Below are positions 22,291 through 33,988 of a stretch of DNA of 64,000 nucleotides, in pieces. The stretch's first letter is position 1. Each line of letters begins with the position of its first letter. The notes under the pieces are model-generated. The model did no database searches, was not told the origin of the DNA, and saw only the letters and a program-made list of their open reading frames with translations. Both the position numbers and the translations under genes were made by a program. This stretch comes from Lama glama (lineage: Eukaryota), in contig CM052826.1 of assembly GCA_028534125.1 (NCBI GenBank), positions 23,932,001 through 23,996,000 on the forward strand, read 5' to 3'.

Positions 22291-25181
22291 CTGTCCTCAG
22301 CCCAGCCCACACTAGGTGGGGATTTATTTAGAAAATAAATTTTCATACAGAAAAGTAAAGAAAGGGCCCATGGCCTATAATTGCATTACCTAAATAGGTG
22401 TTAACATTTAAAGAAAATAAAAGTCATAAATACATGTGGATTTTAAAAAGGTTGAGCTATGCAGAAAGCCCTGTGAAAACTACTGAAGAGTGAAAGCTTC
22501 ACTATCTTAAAAAAGGAAAGCTTTGGCCATCTCAGCATGTCTGCACATAGCTCCACACATGCACACCGGCCTCGGTGCTGACTGTGGCCTGACCAGGCCT
22601 CCAGGGCGCCCGTGTTGTGGGCACACCCCACTTTATGTTGCCCTCTCCTCGCCTGCACCCCAGGAGACTGGCCATATGCTCTCGCCCTGAGCCCTCGTCC
22701 CTTCCACACCTCTGTCTGTCCCTCGCCAGCTTGGCTCCGTGGGCCCTGTGACCTAGCAAGAGTCTCTCTTGCTAGGGGGGGGACGGTGCTGGAAGGGAAG
22801 GATGGAGATGGGCCCCCACTTACAGGTGAGGAAACTGGGCTCTGGAGAGAAGGGACTGACCACCATGGGGGGACCCAGCTGGGACAGCTCAGGCCCCCAA
22901 ACCCTCTGCTGTCTTGCAGCTGTGCACACGGGCTGCTTCTGGGTCCTCTCCCAGCATTGATTTCCTCATCTCGGAAACAGGAGTGACAACTCCTGAAGGG
23001 CTGTGATGAGGACAGGGTGGCAAGACACAAGGCAGAGGTGAGCAGGGGGTCACCCAGGCACCTCTGGGGCTAAGGTGTGAACAGAAACACTGTGGGTGGG
23101 GTGTGGGCCCCCCACGTGGGGTCTCCTGCCTGCAGGTTGGCCAGCATGACCCCTAGATGGAAGCACAGATCCAAGGCCCTGATGGTCTCTGGGAGGGGGC
23201 ACACCTGAGGCTCTAAGGGAGTGTTTTGTCTGGGGTCATGAGGCTTGTCCGGCACAGCCAGAGCAGTGTCCTGACCTCTACTTTGCCACAGCTCCGCCTC
23301 TGCTCAGTTATCACCCCATCTCCCTGCGGCTGCCCCCTTGAACTTCAGGCCCCAGGTGAAGCCACCTCTAGGATGCAGCCCCCACTTCCTCCACTTGCCA
23401 GGCCTGTGCCCACCCTCCTGTGCCACTCTGACTCCCAGCTGCCTTGCCCTAGCCTGTGAGCCCCTGCAGGTCAGGGCCACTGCCAGGATCTTGCTCTGGG
23501 CCCAGTAACATCAGTGGAAGGACTGTACAAAGGGTCCTGCCCTCTCTCTTGCCCTGCTTCTTCCCCACGTGTTGGAGGTGAGCTGGGGGTCTGTGGGGGG
23601 GCTGCCTGCAAAGCACTTCCTGCCTTGTCCAGACTTGGGAGAGGCCAGGCACAGGGGCAAGCCCCGTGGGTGGAGATTCTGAGGCCCTTGTGAGCTGCTG
23701 AGATGGTGGAGGGTGGGGCCCTGTCCGGGTGGTCCAGCCTCCCAGATCTACTTTCAAAGGCACTAGGGGCCCGGGGCGGCAGGAATGCTGACCACCAGTG
23801 CCCACCTTAATAGTGGTTGTCCCAGGTGGGCTCACCTATTAAAGGTCGGCGCTGCATTTCATCTCCGCAGCTTGAAGTCAGTACTCAAGTTCCCCTCTCC
23901 CTCACTCTGTCCAGCCACGTGGGAGGGAGGGACCCCAGATGGGGCTGGCACAAGCGAGCACCATGGATGGTCAGGCCTAGACCAAGGGGACCCACGGGAT
24001 AGTGGCAGTGGCCAGCCTGGGGACAGAGGAGCCGAACCAGGTCATATCAGCGGAGGCGTGGCAAGTGGGGAGGGTGAGTATAGAGTCCCACAGTGGGGTC
24101 TGGGCTAGAGTCACGGTCGCTGTCTACACCTAGCCCAGGGCAGGTCACTGAGCAGCCTGGAACCCGTGCAGAAAGCCCCCTGGAGGCCGCTCCGGCCACT
24201 GCAGGGCCCGGTGGCCCGCCTACGAAGGGGCGGGGGCGTGGTCGCAATGGAGGAGCCACCCCATCGCCCCACATCCGCGCGCCCGCCACCTCAGGCCTGC
24301 GAGTTGGGCAGACCCCGTGCATCTGCGTCCCCGGCGTCATCGACATTAAATAACGTGGCCTGGACGTCCTCGGGGGCTTGGCAAGGCCCCACTTTCCCCC
24401 TTCGGGCCCCAAAGATTCCTAGTCGGCGCTGAGGATTGGTGTCCCCGACCCCGGGTCCTGGAAGGACCGGAATACTCTGCCTCGCCAAAGCACCCCGAGC
24501 ACGCCCTTTGTGACCCAGGTCCTCCTCACCTAGTTACTCCCGAGTGGGACGCAAAAAGAGGAACAAGCGCAGGCTCGCTCGACTCCGCCAGAGGGTTAGG
24601 CCCCCTGGGTCTCCGGGAGAGCGAAGGGGATCCTTACAAAAAGGAATGCAGGGGCGTGCGGTCAAGCAAGGCCCCAGGCTCGGGAAGAGGAGAGGGGGAA
24701 GGGTCGCGCACGTGGCCGGGGGGCGGGGCTGGCCGCTTCCGCACCCCCACCGGGCCACGTGGGGAGCGGAGCCCTCCCCCACCGAGAACTGGGGCGCGCC
24801 CGGGCCAGGGTGGAAGCGTCCGGGGAAGGGGCGGGCTCCCGCCGGCCGCGCGCCCTAGCGTGGGGTGGGCGAGCCCGCGAGGAGGCGGGACGCGCGCCGA
24901 ACAGGGAGGGGCGCGCCAGGGGGCGGAGACGTCCAAGGAGGGAGGGGCGTGTCGGGATGGGGCGGGGCGAGCTCTGGGGGCGGGGCGCTACCGGGGCGGG
25001 GCGGGGCTTCATGGCGTGAACAGAGGGTGCTGCAGGAAAGGGACCGGGAGCCGAGTTGCAGGGGGAGGGGCGCGCCAGTGGGGTGGGCTCTCCGGCCTGG
25101 CACCCCGCAAAGAGGCGCGCTCCGGGAAGGAGGCGGGGGCGTGCTCTGGGACCAGAGTGGGCGCGCCAGGCGGGGCGGCTC

Positions 25182-25344
25182 NNNNNNNNNNNNNNNNNNN
25201 NNNNNNNNNNNNNNNNNNNNNNNNNNNNNNNNNNNNNNNNNNNNNNNNNNNNNNNNNNNNNNNNNNNNNNNNNNNNNNNNNNNNNNNNNNNNNNNNNNNN
25301 NNNNNNNNNNNNNNNNNNNNNNNNNNNNNNNNNNNNNNNNNNNN
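25182..25344. other. Assembly gap (163 N) in the KLF16 core promoter
   Basis: Run of N. Confidence 1.
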
Positions 25345-25510
25345 GCGGGGCGGGCCGAGCGCGGGCGGCGGCGGCGGCGGCGCGCGCCGGCCTCCTCCTC
25401 CTCCTCCTCCTCCTCCTCCCGCACTCTAGCAGCCGCCGCCGGCCGGACGGGCGCTTCTCCCGCCGCCTCTGCTCCGCCCGCTCGGCCTGCGCCGCGTGCC
25501 CCTGCCTGGC

Positions 25511-25967
25511 ATGTCGGCAGCCGTGGCGTGTGTGGATTACTTCGCCGCCGACGTGCTCATGGCCATCTCTTCGGGCGCCGTGGTGCACCGCGGGCGGCCG
25601 GGCCCCGAGGGCGCGGGCCCGGCCGCCGGCCTGGATGTGCGCGCGCCGCGGCGCGAGGCCGCCCCGCCCGGGCCCCCGGGGCCGCCACCGGCGGCCCCCG
25701 CCGTCCCGGGCCTGGGCTCCGGCGCCGCCGCCGCCGCGCCCCACCTGCTGGCCGCCAGCATCCTGGCCGACCTGCGTGGAGGGCCCGGCGCCGCTCCGGG
25801 GGGCGCCTCGCCTGCCTCCTCTTCTTCGGCCGCCTCGTCCCCGTCCTCCAGCCGCGCCCCCGGCGCCGCGCCCGCCGCCGCCAAGAGTCACCGCTGTCCC
25901 TTCCCAGGCTGCGCCAAGGCGTACTACAAATCCTCCCACCTCAAGTCGCACCTGCGGACGCACACAG
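25511..25967 (+). CDS. KLF16: KLF16 exon 1 coding part
   Basis: GGCATG start; donor CAG/GTGAGT after RTHT-G. Confidence 0.96.
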
Positions 25968-28900
25968 GTGAGTCCGACCACGCGCCTGGCTCGCGCGGGG
26001 GCGGCCTCCCGCGCCCCCTCCCCCGCTGGGACCCCGAAACTGCGTGGCGCTTCGGGGGCGGGGAGGGGGGCGCGCCCGGGCTGCCGCCGCGCCGGCCGGG
26101 AGGGCGGGGCCTTGGTGGGTGGGGCGCGCGCGGGGGGCGTGGCGGCCACGCGGTCGGGCGGCGAGCGGATGGATGGCGGGCGCGGAGGCAGCGACAGGGG
26201 CGCGGAGCGCGGTGGGGTCCGCGTGCAGGATCCGCGTGCGGGATGGGGCTCCTGGGCAGTTCCCTTCCCCCTCGGCCTCATTTCCCTTCTTTTCCATCGG
26301 TTTCGGACCTGGATGGTGGGCAGCGTGTTTGAAGCGTGCAGCTTTGAGGTTTTGGTCTTCCCTTGGCTTAGTTTCCTGGTCTGTGTGTAGAAAGGCAGGA
26401 GGAACCGCAGAGCCGCCTCCGAGGTGGCCGCAAAGATTCACCCGAGAAGGCAGCGGGGCGCCTGGTGTGGGGCCAGGTTGCGGGGGTGCCCTGCACGTTT
26501 TTCCCCCCTTTTTCTGTATTTTAATAAGGCAGAGGGCGGGGTTGGGAGTGCGGGTTAGAGCCTGAGTCTGGAGAGGAGGGGGACCCCTGAGGGTGTCACG
26601 CTCTCACCGTCTTTCCCTGCGTGCTGCTCCCCTCAACCTGCAGCGGGAGCCAGGAAGGCTGGGGGAGCGGTTCAGCGACACGGTTACGTCTTATCTCAGC
26701 CGGGGGTGGGGGTGGGGGCGCCAGGGTAGCCTGGAAGCAGGGAGCGCCGGCCGCCCTCTCACTGTCACCCCCTCTTTTTCCTCCTGTGGGTCCTCCCTCG
26801 TTTTCCTCATGGGGTCCCCCATCAGTCCTGGGAATTCTCTCTTGGAGTGGGGCTAGGGCAGGAGAAGGTGGGGCTTGGTTGAGAGGCCAGGAGAGGGTGG
26901 GCTGACACTTGGACTTTGTGGTTCTGCTACTTTGTAGCCCACGACCTACTCTCAGGTTTTTTTTTCTCTGTATAAAGGGCCCAGCGGCCGCCTTCCCCTG
27001 AGGGGTCACGTTGGGCAACAGGGCGTCTCAGCGTGGCTCCGTGGACCTGCTCCCGCTGTCGGAACAGGGGGAGAGGGTGGAGGAAAAGAAGAGTTGACTC
27101 TAGTGGTGTGGCGGAGACACGGGTGGTCTGACCCCTGAGAGCGGTTTGGACCCCGCAGTGCTGTGCTTTGTTTTGGGGTTTTTCACACTCTGTCCAACTT
27201 CTTGGAGCCAGTGAAGCCACCTGCCACTATGGATCCCAAAGGACACCTCCCCAGGGTATCCTGGGGTCCTTCAGAACCTTCGCAGGCCCCCAGGCAGTGT
27301 TGGCTGACCCCCAAAGTCCTTGAGAGAGAAAGAAGTCCCTGGACATAGATGTCAGTGTTACTGTCTGTTTCTATGGGAAACTGAGGCCCAGGGGCTGAGT
27401 TGGGGTGTCCCAGTGATGACTGGGGGAGGGCAGGGCGCCATGCCCTGATGCCTTGCCCCCCGAGAGACCTATGGTTTTGGATGTGCTGTCCCGAAGCCCC
27501 CTTGCTAATAACGATGCCGGGCCCTGGGGGGCATGTGGCTGCTCCTGGGAGTGGGAGTCCTGGACCCAGGCGCCCTTGGTGCTGTTTCTGGAGGGTTTGG
27601 GGTGCTTTCATGCTTAATGCTTGCTAATTCAGCATCTCTCTGTCCCTCAGGATCACGAAGCCCTGCCCAGGGTCAGTGGCAAGATCTTTTGGTTTTTCCA
27701 ACCCCCAGGAGTGGGGGCAGCTGCTCTCATGCCTGTTTTGGAGGTGGGGAAGCCAAGCTTGGCTTGGGCCTCTCAAGGTTAAAGTGGTGTTGCCCACTGC
27801 TGGGGGCAGGCCTGGGGACAGATCTGAAGAGGTGTCTTAATTAGATGCTAGCTGTCTGCTGAGCCATTGTCCCCTGAGGGCCTTTGGGAGGGAGTTCTGT
27901 CACACACACCTCTACCCGAACTCCCATCCTGGCCTGGCCCCATTTTACGGATGAGCAAACAGGTACAGCAGGAGCCAGGCTGAGTGTGGTCCCCCATCAT
28001 CCCTGCTCCATTTGGCACAGAGGTTGGTGTAGGGAGGCCAGGAGGGGCAATGGGGTCTCTTCACAGGGCCACCCAGCTGCAGAGGAGCAGGGCGGGCTGT
28101 CTTCTAGTCCCCTGTGTCTGGCCCACAGCCCCTGGTCCAGAATGAGCTCTCCTGCCTCCAGCGTGGGGCCGGGAAAGACTTGGAAGCTGCAGGAGATGTT
28201 GACGCGGTTGCCTTGGATACCGAGAGGGAGAGGGAGGGAGGTGGGGCGGGGGTGGAGGAGAGGCTGGCTGTCTACTTGCTCTCCCAACCTCCTTCATCTC
28301 CGGACTGTTCCCCCGCCCCAAAGCCCCTTCTAGGGGGTCTCAGGCCTCCTCCCTGAAGAAGCTCAGATCTGGAGGTGGAGCTGCTAGTCTAGGGTCTCCC
28401 CCTAGACTTTGAGGCTGGGTCATTCTTGGTCTGGGGCCTCCTGACCACTGTGGGGTGTTGAGCAGCCTCCCTGACTCCCACCCAATGCCAGGAGCACCCC
28501 CAGTTGTGACAATGACAGATGTCCTCAGACATCATGTAGTGCCCCCTGGAGAGTCGTGGGATCATTGTCAGTTGAGATGCCCTGTAAAACCTTGCCTAAC
28601 CGTTTACTGTGTGGGAGGCACTTTGGGGATGACCGAGTCCCTGTCCCCTGGGACTCCCAGAATATTGTAGGAGGTGGTGACAGTAGCGGGATGGAGGAAA
28701 AGGCTTCCTGGAGGAAGAGGCATCTCAGCTTACACCATGGTGTCAGGTGGAACAGGGAAGGGTGTGTCCTGGGAGAGGGGACAGCACCCTGGCTGCAGGG
28801 GGTGGGGGCAGGGCCTCGGGGTGTGGATTTGGAGGACCAGGCTGTCGTATGAGGTGGGGAGGGGGCCGAGTAGGTGCCTGTTCTATTTAATCCCAAGGGC

Positions 28901-31900
28901 AGGGTAGGGGTGGGGGGGGAGGCAGGCCCAGCTTTGCAGAGGAAAATCCGTTTATGAGGAAGGGATTAGGATCCAGGAGAGGGGTTGGAGGGGGAGCCCT
29001 GTGTGGGAGGGAGAGAGGTGGGCCAGTCCCTGAATTGGGTGGGAGAAGCCCCAGGACCTAGGGACAGGAGGGGGTGAGGGTGACCCCTGTTTGCTGATTG
29101 GGCAGCCCAAGGGGGCAGGTGGTGGTAGTGGTAGTTCTCTGCTGAACAGGCCTCTAGGAGGAGGGCAGATGGGGAAACTGAGGCCTAGAGAGGAAGTCGC
29201 CCCTGCACCCCCCAGGGCTGTCTGAGTGAACAGACCCCGCCCCCTACCCCAGGCAGAGCTGTGAGCTCCGTTGAGGCCAGGTGGGGCTTCGGAGACTGGT
29301 GGCTTATCTGGGGGGCCAGAGTGGGCCAGTGCCAGGCCAGGACTGCCTCCTCACCTAACCCCCTCCTCCAGCAGTGGGGTGCAGCGCCTGAGCCCCAGCT
29401 GGAGGTGGGGGGCAGTGCCCTAACATTGTAGGGGGTGATAACCACTCCCCGCCCAGGCTCCCTGATAAAGGTGGCCCAGATGGCCCTGGAGGTGGCAAAT
29501 GATACCAGCTTGAGGAGCTGGCCTCTGGGGGGGGGCGGAGCCTGCCCTCCCCCAGTCCTGTTTCTAGAATAGCCAGTCTCTGGAGGAACACACATGCTCG
29601 GGGGGCCTGTGAAAGCTGTGCGCCCCTCACCCCCGGTGCCCTCCTTGCGGAGGATGCTGTCTGGGTGGGGAAGTAAGCCAGGGCAGCTTGGGTTCTCCGG
29701 GAGGGAGGAGTGGTAGGGCAGCCGGTGGCCTGCTTTTTAAATGAACGGGGTAGCCCTAGCTCCCACCTGTGGGGGGGGCAGGTTGTAAACCTGATGACTC
29801 ACCAGCAGGCTAGCTAGCTAGCGGCTTCGAGCCGTGACCTGCGTTCCCTCCCGGGGGCCGGTAGCCTCCCCAACGGGTGCACTCAGCACCCCGCAGGCCA
29901 GGCCTGGGCCCTCAGCTTTGTGGTCGAGCTGGGTACATCACACCCAGAAGAGGCCGCATGCCCGGATAGGAAGGTCTAGAGCAGGGTCTGTGGTGTGGTG
30001 CGGGGGAGGGGGAGCCGTACACCAGCAGGGTAAGGAGCTGGCTCTGCCGGGAAGTCAAGGCCAAGGAAAAGACTTCAGCTTTGACCCTCAGCCCCGGCGG
30101 GCAGCTCGGGGAGCAGGACACAGACGGGGCGGCCCAGGCATGAGTTGCTGGGCTACCCTACCCGTCCAGGCCTGAGCTGGGACCTGGAGCTAGGGGGATG
30201 GGAGCTGGAGATATTTTGAAGGGGGTGCTGATCGGGTTTGCTGCCAGGTACCAAGCGGGGAGGTGAGGGCTGTGGAGACATCTGCCAAAGCTTTCGGTGG
30301 CAACAGCAGAGGGGTTGAAACGGAAAAACTACAGGAGGAGTAAGGACTGGGAGGGAGGTTGTAAGTCTTGGGTTTAGGGGGCAGCAATGACTAGGGGGTA
30401 TTTAAGATCACAGAGCAGACAAACCTCCCACAGGCTGGTCCTTGTAAAGCCATCAGGATGGCTGGTCACAGGGGGACCTCCTGCCATGCCCTGCCCTTGG
30501 GACCTCACCATCAATTTTCCATCTTTTCTCGGCTGCATTTCTGTACTGTCTTTGGAGTTCTTTGCAGCCTGCTCAGGCCCATCTTCTTTGGGGAGCCCCC
30601 TGCCGTCCCCACCCGCATCTGCCACATGCAGCCCAGCCTTCCCCAGCTCTCCTGGGGTGCTCCCGTACCTAGACCCTTCCCCTTGTGCTGCCCACCTGGT
30701 AGTTGGGCATTTGTGCAAGGCTTGGCTGCAGGCCATTCCTCCCTCCCCACTCTTTAGGTTAGGGGTGATCTTAGGAGATCACATCTGATCTTTGGCCCCA
30801 ACTGCAACCCCCAGTCTAGGGAGGTGGGGCATTCTCCCACATGAAGGCCCAGCAGGCTGAGCCAGGCCTGGTGCACGGTACCACCTCCAGGCTCACCTCT
30901 GTCTGGTCTCCTGGCGTCCATTTTCTGGCTGTCCTGAGCTCACCTCCAGGCCCAGCCTAAGTCAGAGGGTCAAGTCCACTGAAGCCCCGCCCACCACACC
31001 CTCCTTAAGCGCTCCGTCCAGCCTGGTAGCCTGACAGGGGGCCGCACCTGGGCGTGACGGGTCTAAGCCTCCGAAAGTTACCCCCACCCTCCCTCACCCC
31101 ATCCCGGCCAGTGGACTGTGAGAGGGTGGCAGGGCCTGGCATCTTGCAGGCATTCGCTTAACCTTGTGGGGGCAGGAGGCCTGTGCGCCCTGGTACCTGC
31201 CACTCACGTGTGCACGTGTGCTACCCAGCAACGGGGTGTGGGGCGGGGCTGGCAGGCGTCCAGCCCGGGAGGCGACCCCGGCCCGGCGGGAGCCGGACCA
31301 CGTGAGCCGGGCCGGCTGGGGCTGCGGATGTCCCTGCCGCCCGCCGAGCTACGTGCGGCAGCTGTGTTCCCAGTGGCTGCAGGCGTCCAGCCCCTGCGGG
31401 CACTGGCTCCACTCTGGCAACCTGCTGGTTGCAAAGTAGAGCTGCGGGGCGGAGGGGAGGGGAGGGGACGGTGGGAGGCGGGACCTCCCAGCTGCCCTAA
31501 ATGGGGAAGTGAGCCAACTGCGGGGCGCACCAGCGGCGGGATGCCGTCGCCCTTTCAGCTTCTCCCCCGCCTGCGCCCTGCAAGATGGCGACAGGACTGC
31601 GTGCCCCTCCAAGAGGCGTCTCGCCCCCAGGCCCTGGGTATGGTTTAAAGCCAGCAGCCTCGTCCCCCGTAACTGGACTCTCCTCCTCCGGACTTGAGCT
31701 CTCAGGAGCTGTCGGATCCAAGTAGAGTGGGGTAGGGCTCCCTTCCGGGGCCTTTTGAGCCCTGTGATTCTTTTGAGGATGCTCCCACTGGGACCCCTCA
31801 CCCAGCTGCAGGCTCTGCTTTCTGGATTGTTCTAGGGGGGCATGGGGGTGGGGAGGGGGCAGCCCGAGGGGACTACAGGGACAGCCACCTGTAGTCTTGA

Positions 31901-33988
31901 GGACAGTTGCTCTCCCCCCAGCAACACAGTTGTGGCCTGTGATTCCCCCCCCACAGGTGGCACCAGCACACCTGGGTTCCCAGCCTCCTGGGGCCTGCCC
32001 TCCCTCAGTTGTGAGCATAACCCACAGGCGGCCCACAAGCCGCCTTCTGAGGGCCCGCTGCGCTTTGAGCCCTCTCTTCTGCCACGCTGGGGGTATGTGT
32101 GCGGCCAGGAGGAAGGGATGGGGGAGGGGAGGCTTTAGTCCAGCTCTGTCCTGGGTAGCTGGCGATGGCAGAAGCCCCTCTGAAGTCCACTGGTGCTCCT
32201 CTGCAGGTGTTACTACTGACACCTCCTCCCTCCCCGCCCTGCATCCCTTACGGCTGCCGGTCTGTCCCCAAGGTCCCTGCCCCTGGCCCCTGGTCAGGTC
32301 TGCAATCCCCACCTCCCCCCGCCAGTGGCAGTGTTCCCTGAGGCAGGGTCAGCCCGGGTCACTGCAGTCCCCAGTACACGGTGTGGCCTCCCAGTGTGTA
32401 ATTTATGAGGTGCCACCCTGACCCCACTGGCTCCCCCGCTTCCTGCCCCCCATCTGGCCGCCCCCCTTCCTCCACTGGGCTCCATGCAGTGCAACGAGGG
32501 GCGTCGCCCAGACGGCTGGGCGTCCCTGCCCACGTGTCTACATTCTATTCACACCCCCTCCACAACACCCTTCAAAACCTCTGGGCAAAACAACGCCAGG
32601 GGATTCCAGGGTCCTAGGTACCCGGCGCCGGGTCCGGAAGGGTGCAAAATCTGGGCTGCTCACGGCCCCTGGGCCTGGGGCATGGCGGGGGTGCCCCCCG
32701 GTCGCCTGGGGAGACGTTGACAACACATGCTGTACCCGGCGTACAGTTGGGTTAGATGAGGGTTTGGGCGGCACTGTTCTGGGGCAGAGACCCCCACGGG
32801 ACGGGCGGGTGGGGACAGACAGCCCAGGATGGCGGCTGCGGGGGCAGGATGGGCGAGGCCGGCCTGGCGGTGGGAGGGGTCTGCGGAGGAAGTGGCTGGG
32901 TGGCGGCCCGCCCCTCCCCTCGCCTTCTGTTCCGTGGGGGCGGGGCGAGTCCGGCACCGCCCCTTCCCGCACGCTGACCGGGGGTGTCCCCGCCACGCCT
33001 TGCGTCCTTCTCCACCCTGGGAGCCCGGCCCAGCGTGGGGGTGGGGGTGTCCCTTCACCTGCCCCTCTGCTCAAAGGGGGGCCACGAGGGTCAGCGGTGG
33101 GATCAGGCACGGGAAACTGCCCAGACGATGCTCCTGCCTGCGCCCCCGAGTGGTCATTTCCAGTAAGGGAGGGGGTTCACTGGGGTCGTGAGCACCCAGG
33201 AGGCTCCAGAATGCCCCACAGGACGGTAGAAGGGAGTTTCGCAGGGGTGGGGACAGCAGGATACCTTTTGCATAAGAAATCCCTCCAAAAACTCAGCGTG
33301 CTTTCGTTCGGAGCGGGCACGTGTGTGGCCAGTACCGTAGGAGACACAGGTCATTGAGGTGGCGTCGTCCTGGGGGTGGGGCGGGAGGCGGACCTGGTAG
33401 AACTCGGTCTCTGTAGGTTCTTTTAACCCACGGAAGCTGCTACCAGTCTGTAATTACGATCAGTTGTAGGAAATGGAAGGGGAGAATATTCACAGGGCTT
33501 CACAAAATGAGTTGGGGTCGTTTTCTTTCCCCATTTACACGTTTAAATTCACACCCAGAATTTGGCTTCTATAACGAGGTAGGGGCCTGTGAGACAAATG
33601 ACCGGGACCCTTTGGGATCTGATGAGATGTCCCTGTCTCTCCCTACACTGATGGCTGGCTGTCTGTTCTCTGCCTCCTCCGCACAGGTGAGCGCCCCTTT
33701 GCCTGCGACTGGCCAGGCTGCGACAAGAAGTTCGCGCGCTCCGACGAGCTGGCCCGCCACCATCGGACGCACACGGGCGAGAAGCGCTTCCCCTGCCCGC
33801 TCTGCTCCAAGCGCTTCACCCGCAGTGACCACCTGACCAAGCACGCGCGCCGCCACCCCGGCTTCCGCCCGGAGCTGCTCCGGCGCCCAGGCGCCCGCAG
33901 CACCTCTCCCAGCGACTCGCTGCCCTGCAGCCTGGCGGGCAGCCCTGCACCCAGCCCGGTGCCCAGCCCGGCCCCCGCTGGCCTGTAG
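25511..33988 (+). CDS. KLF16: Krueppel-like factor 16; spliced CDS join(25511-25967,33687-33988), 252 aa
   Basis: [20 protein letters not shown] Sin3-interaction domain; three C2H2 fingers ([67 protein letters not shown]); SP-rich tail; 457+302 = 759 nt. Confidence 0.97.
28390..28585. mobile_element. MER20-like hAT DNA transposon
   Basis: TTGAGCAGCCTCCCTG..ATGCCAGGAGCACCCCCAGTTGTGACAA..GTCCTCAGACAT..GTTGAGA. Confidence 0.7.
33687..33988 (+). CDS. KLF16: KLF16 exon 2 coding part
   Basis: Acceptor GCACAG; [15 protein letters not shown] (TAG 33986-33988). Confidence 0.96.

Larger units (their letters stand above)
24150..26480 (+). promoter_or_regulatory. KLF16: KLF16 CpG-island promoter and exon 1 region
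   Basis: Very high CpG and GC content, many GGGGCGGGG and GGGGCGTG boxes, (GGC)n and (CCT)n runs in the 5' UTR at 25363-25420. Confidence 0.85.

Noticed and set aside
25496-25510. 5-aa N-terminal extension of KLF16 in the ORF track
   Set aside because: Based on a GTG start; the ATG at 25511 gives the expected 252-aa protein
24662-26390. Long ORFs of 539, 444 and 368 aa around KLF16 exon 1
   Set aside because: Read through the N gap and an extreme GC island; no recognisable domains
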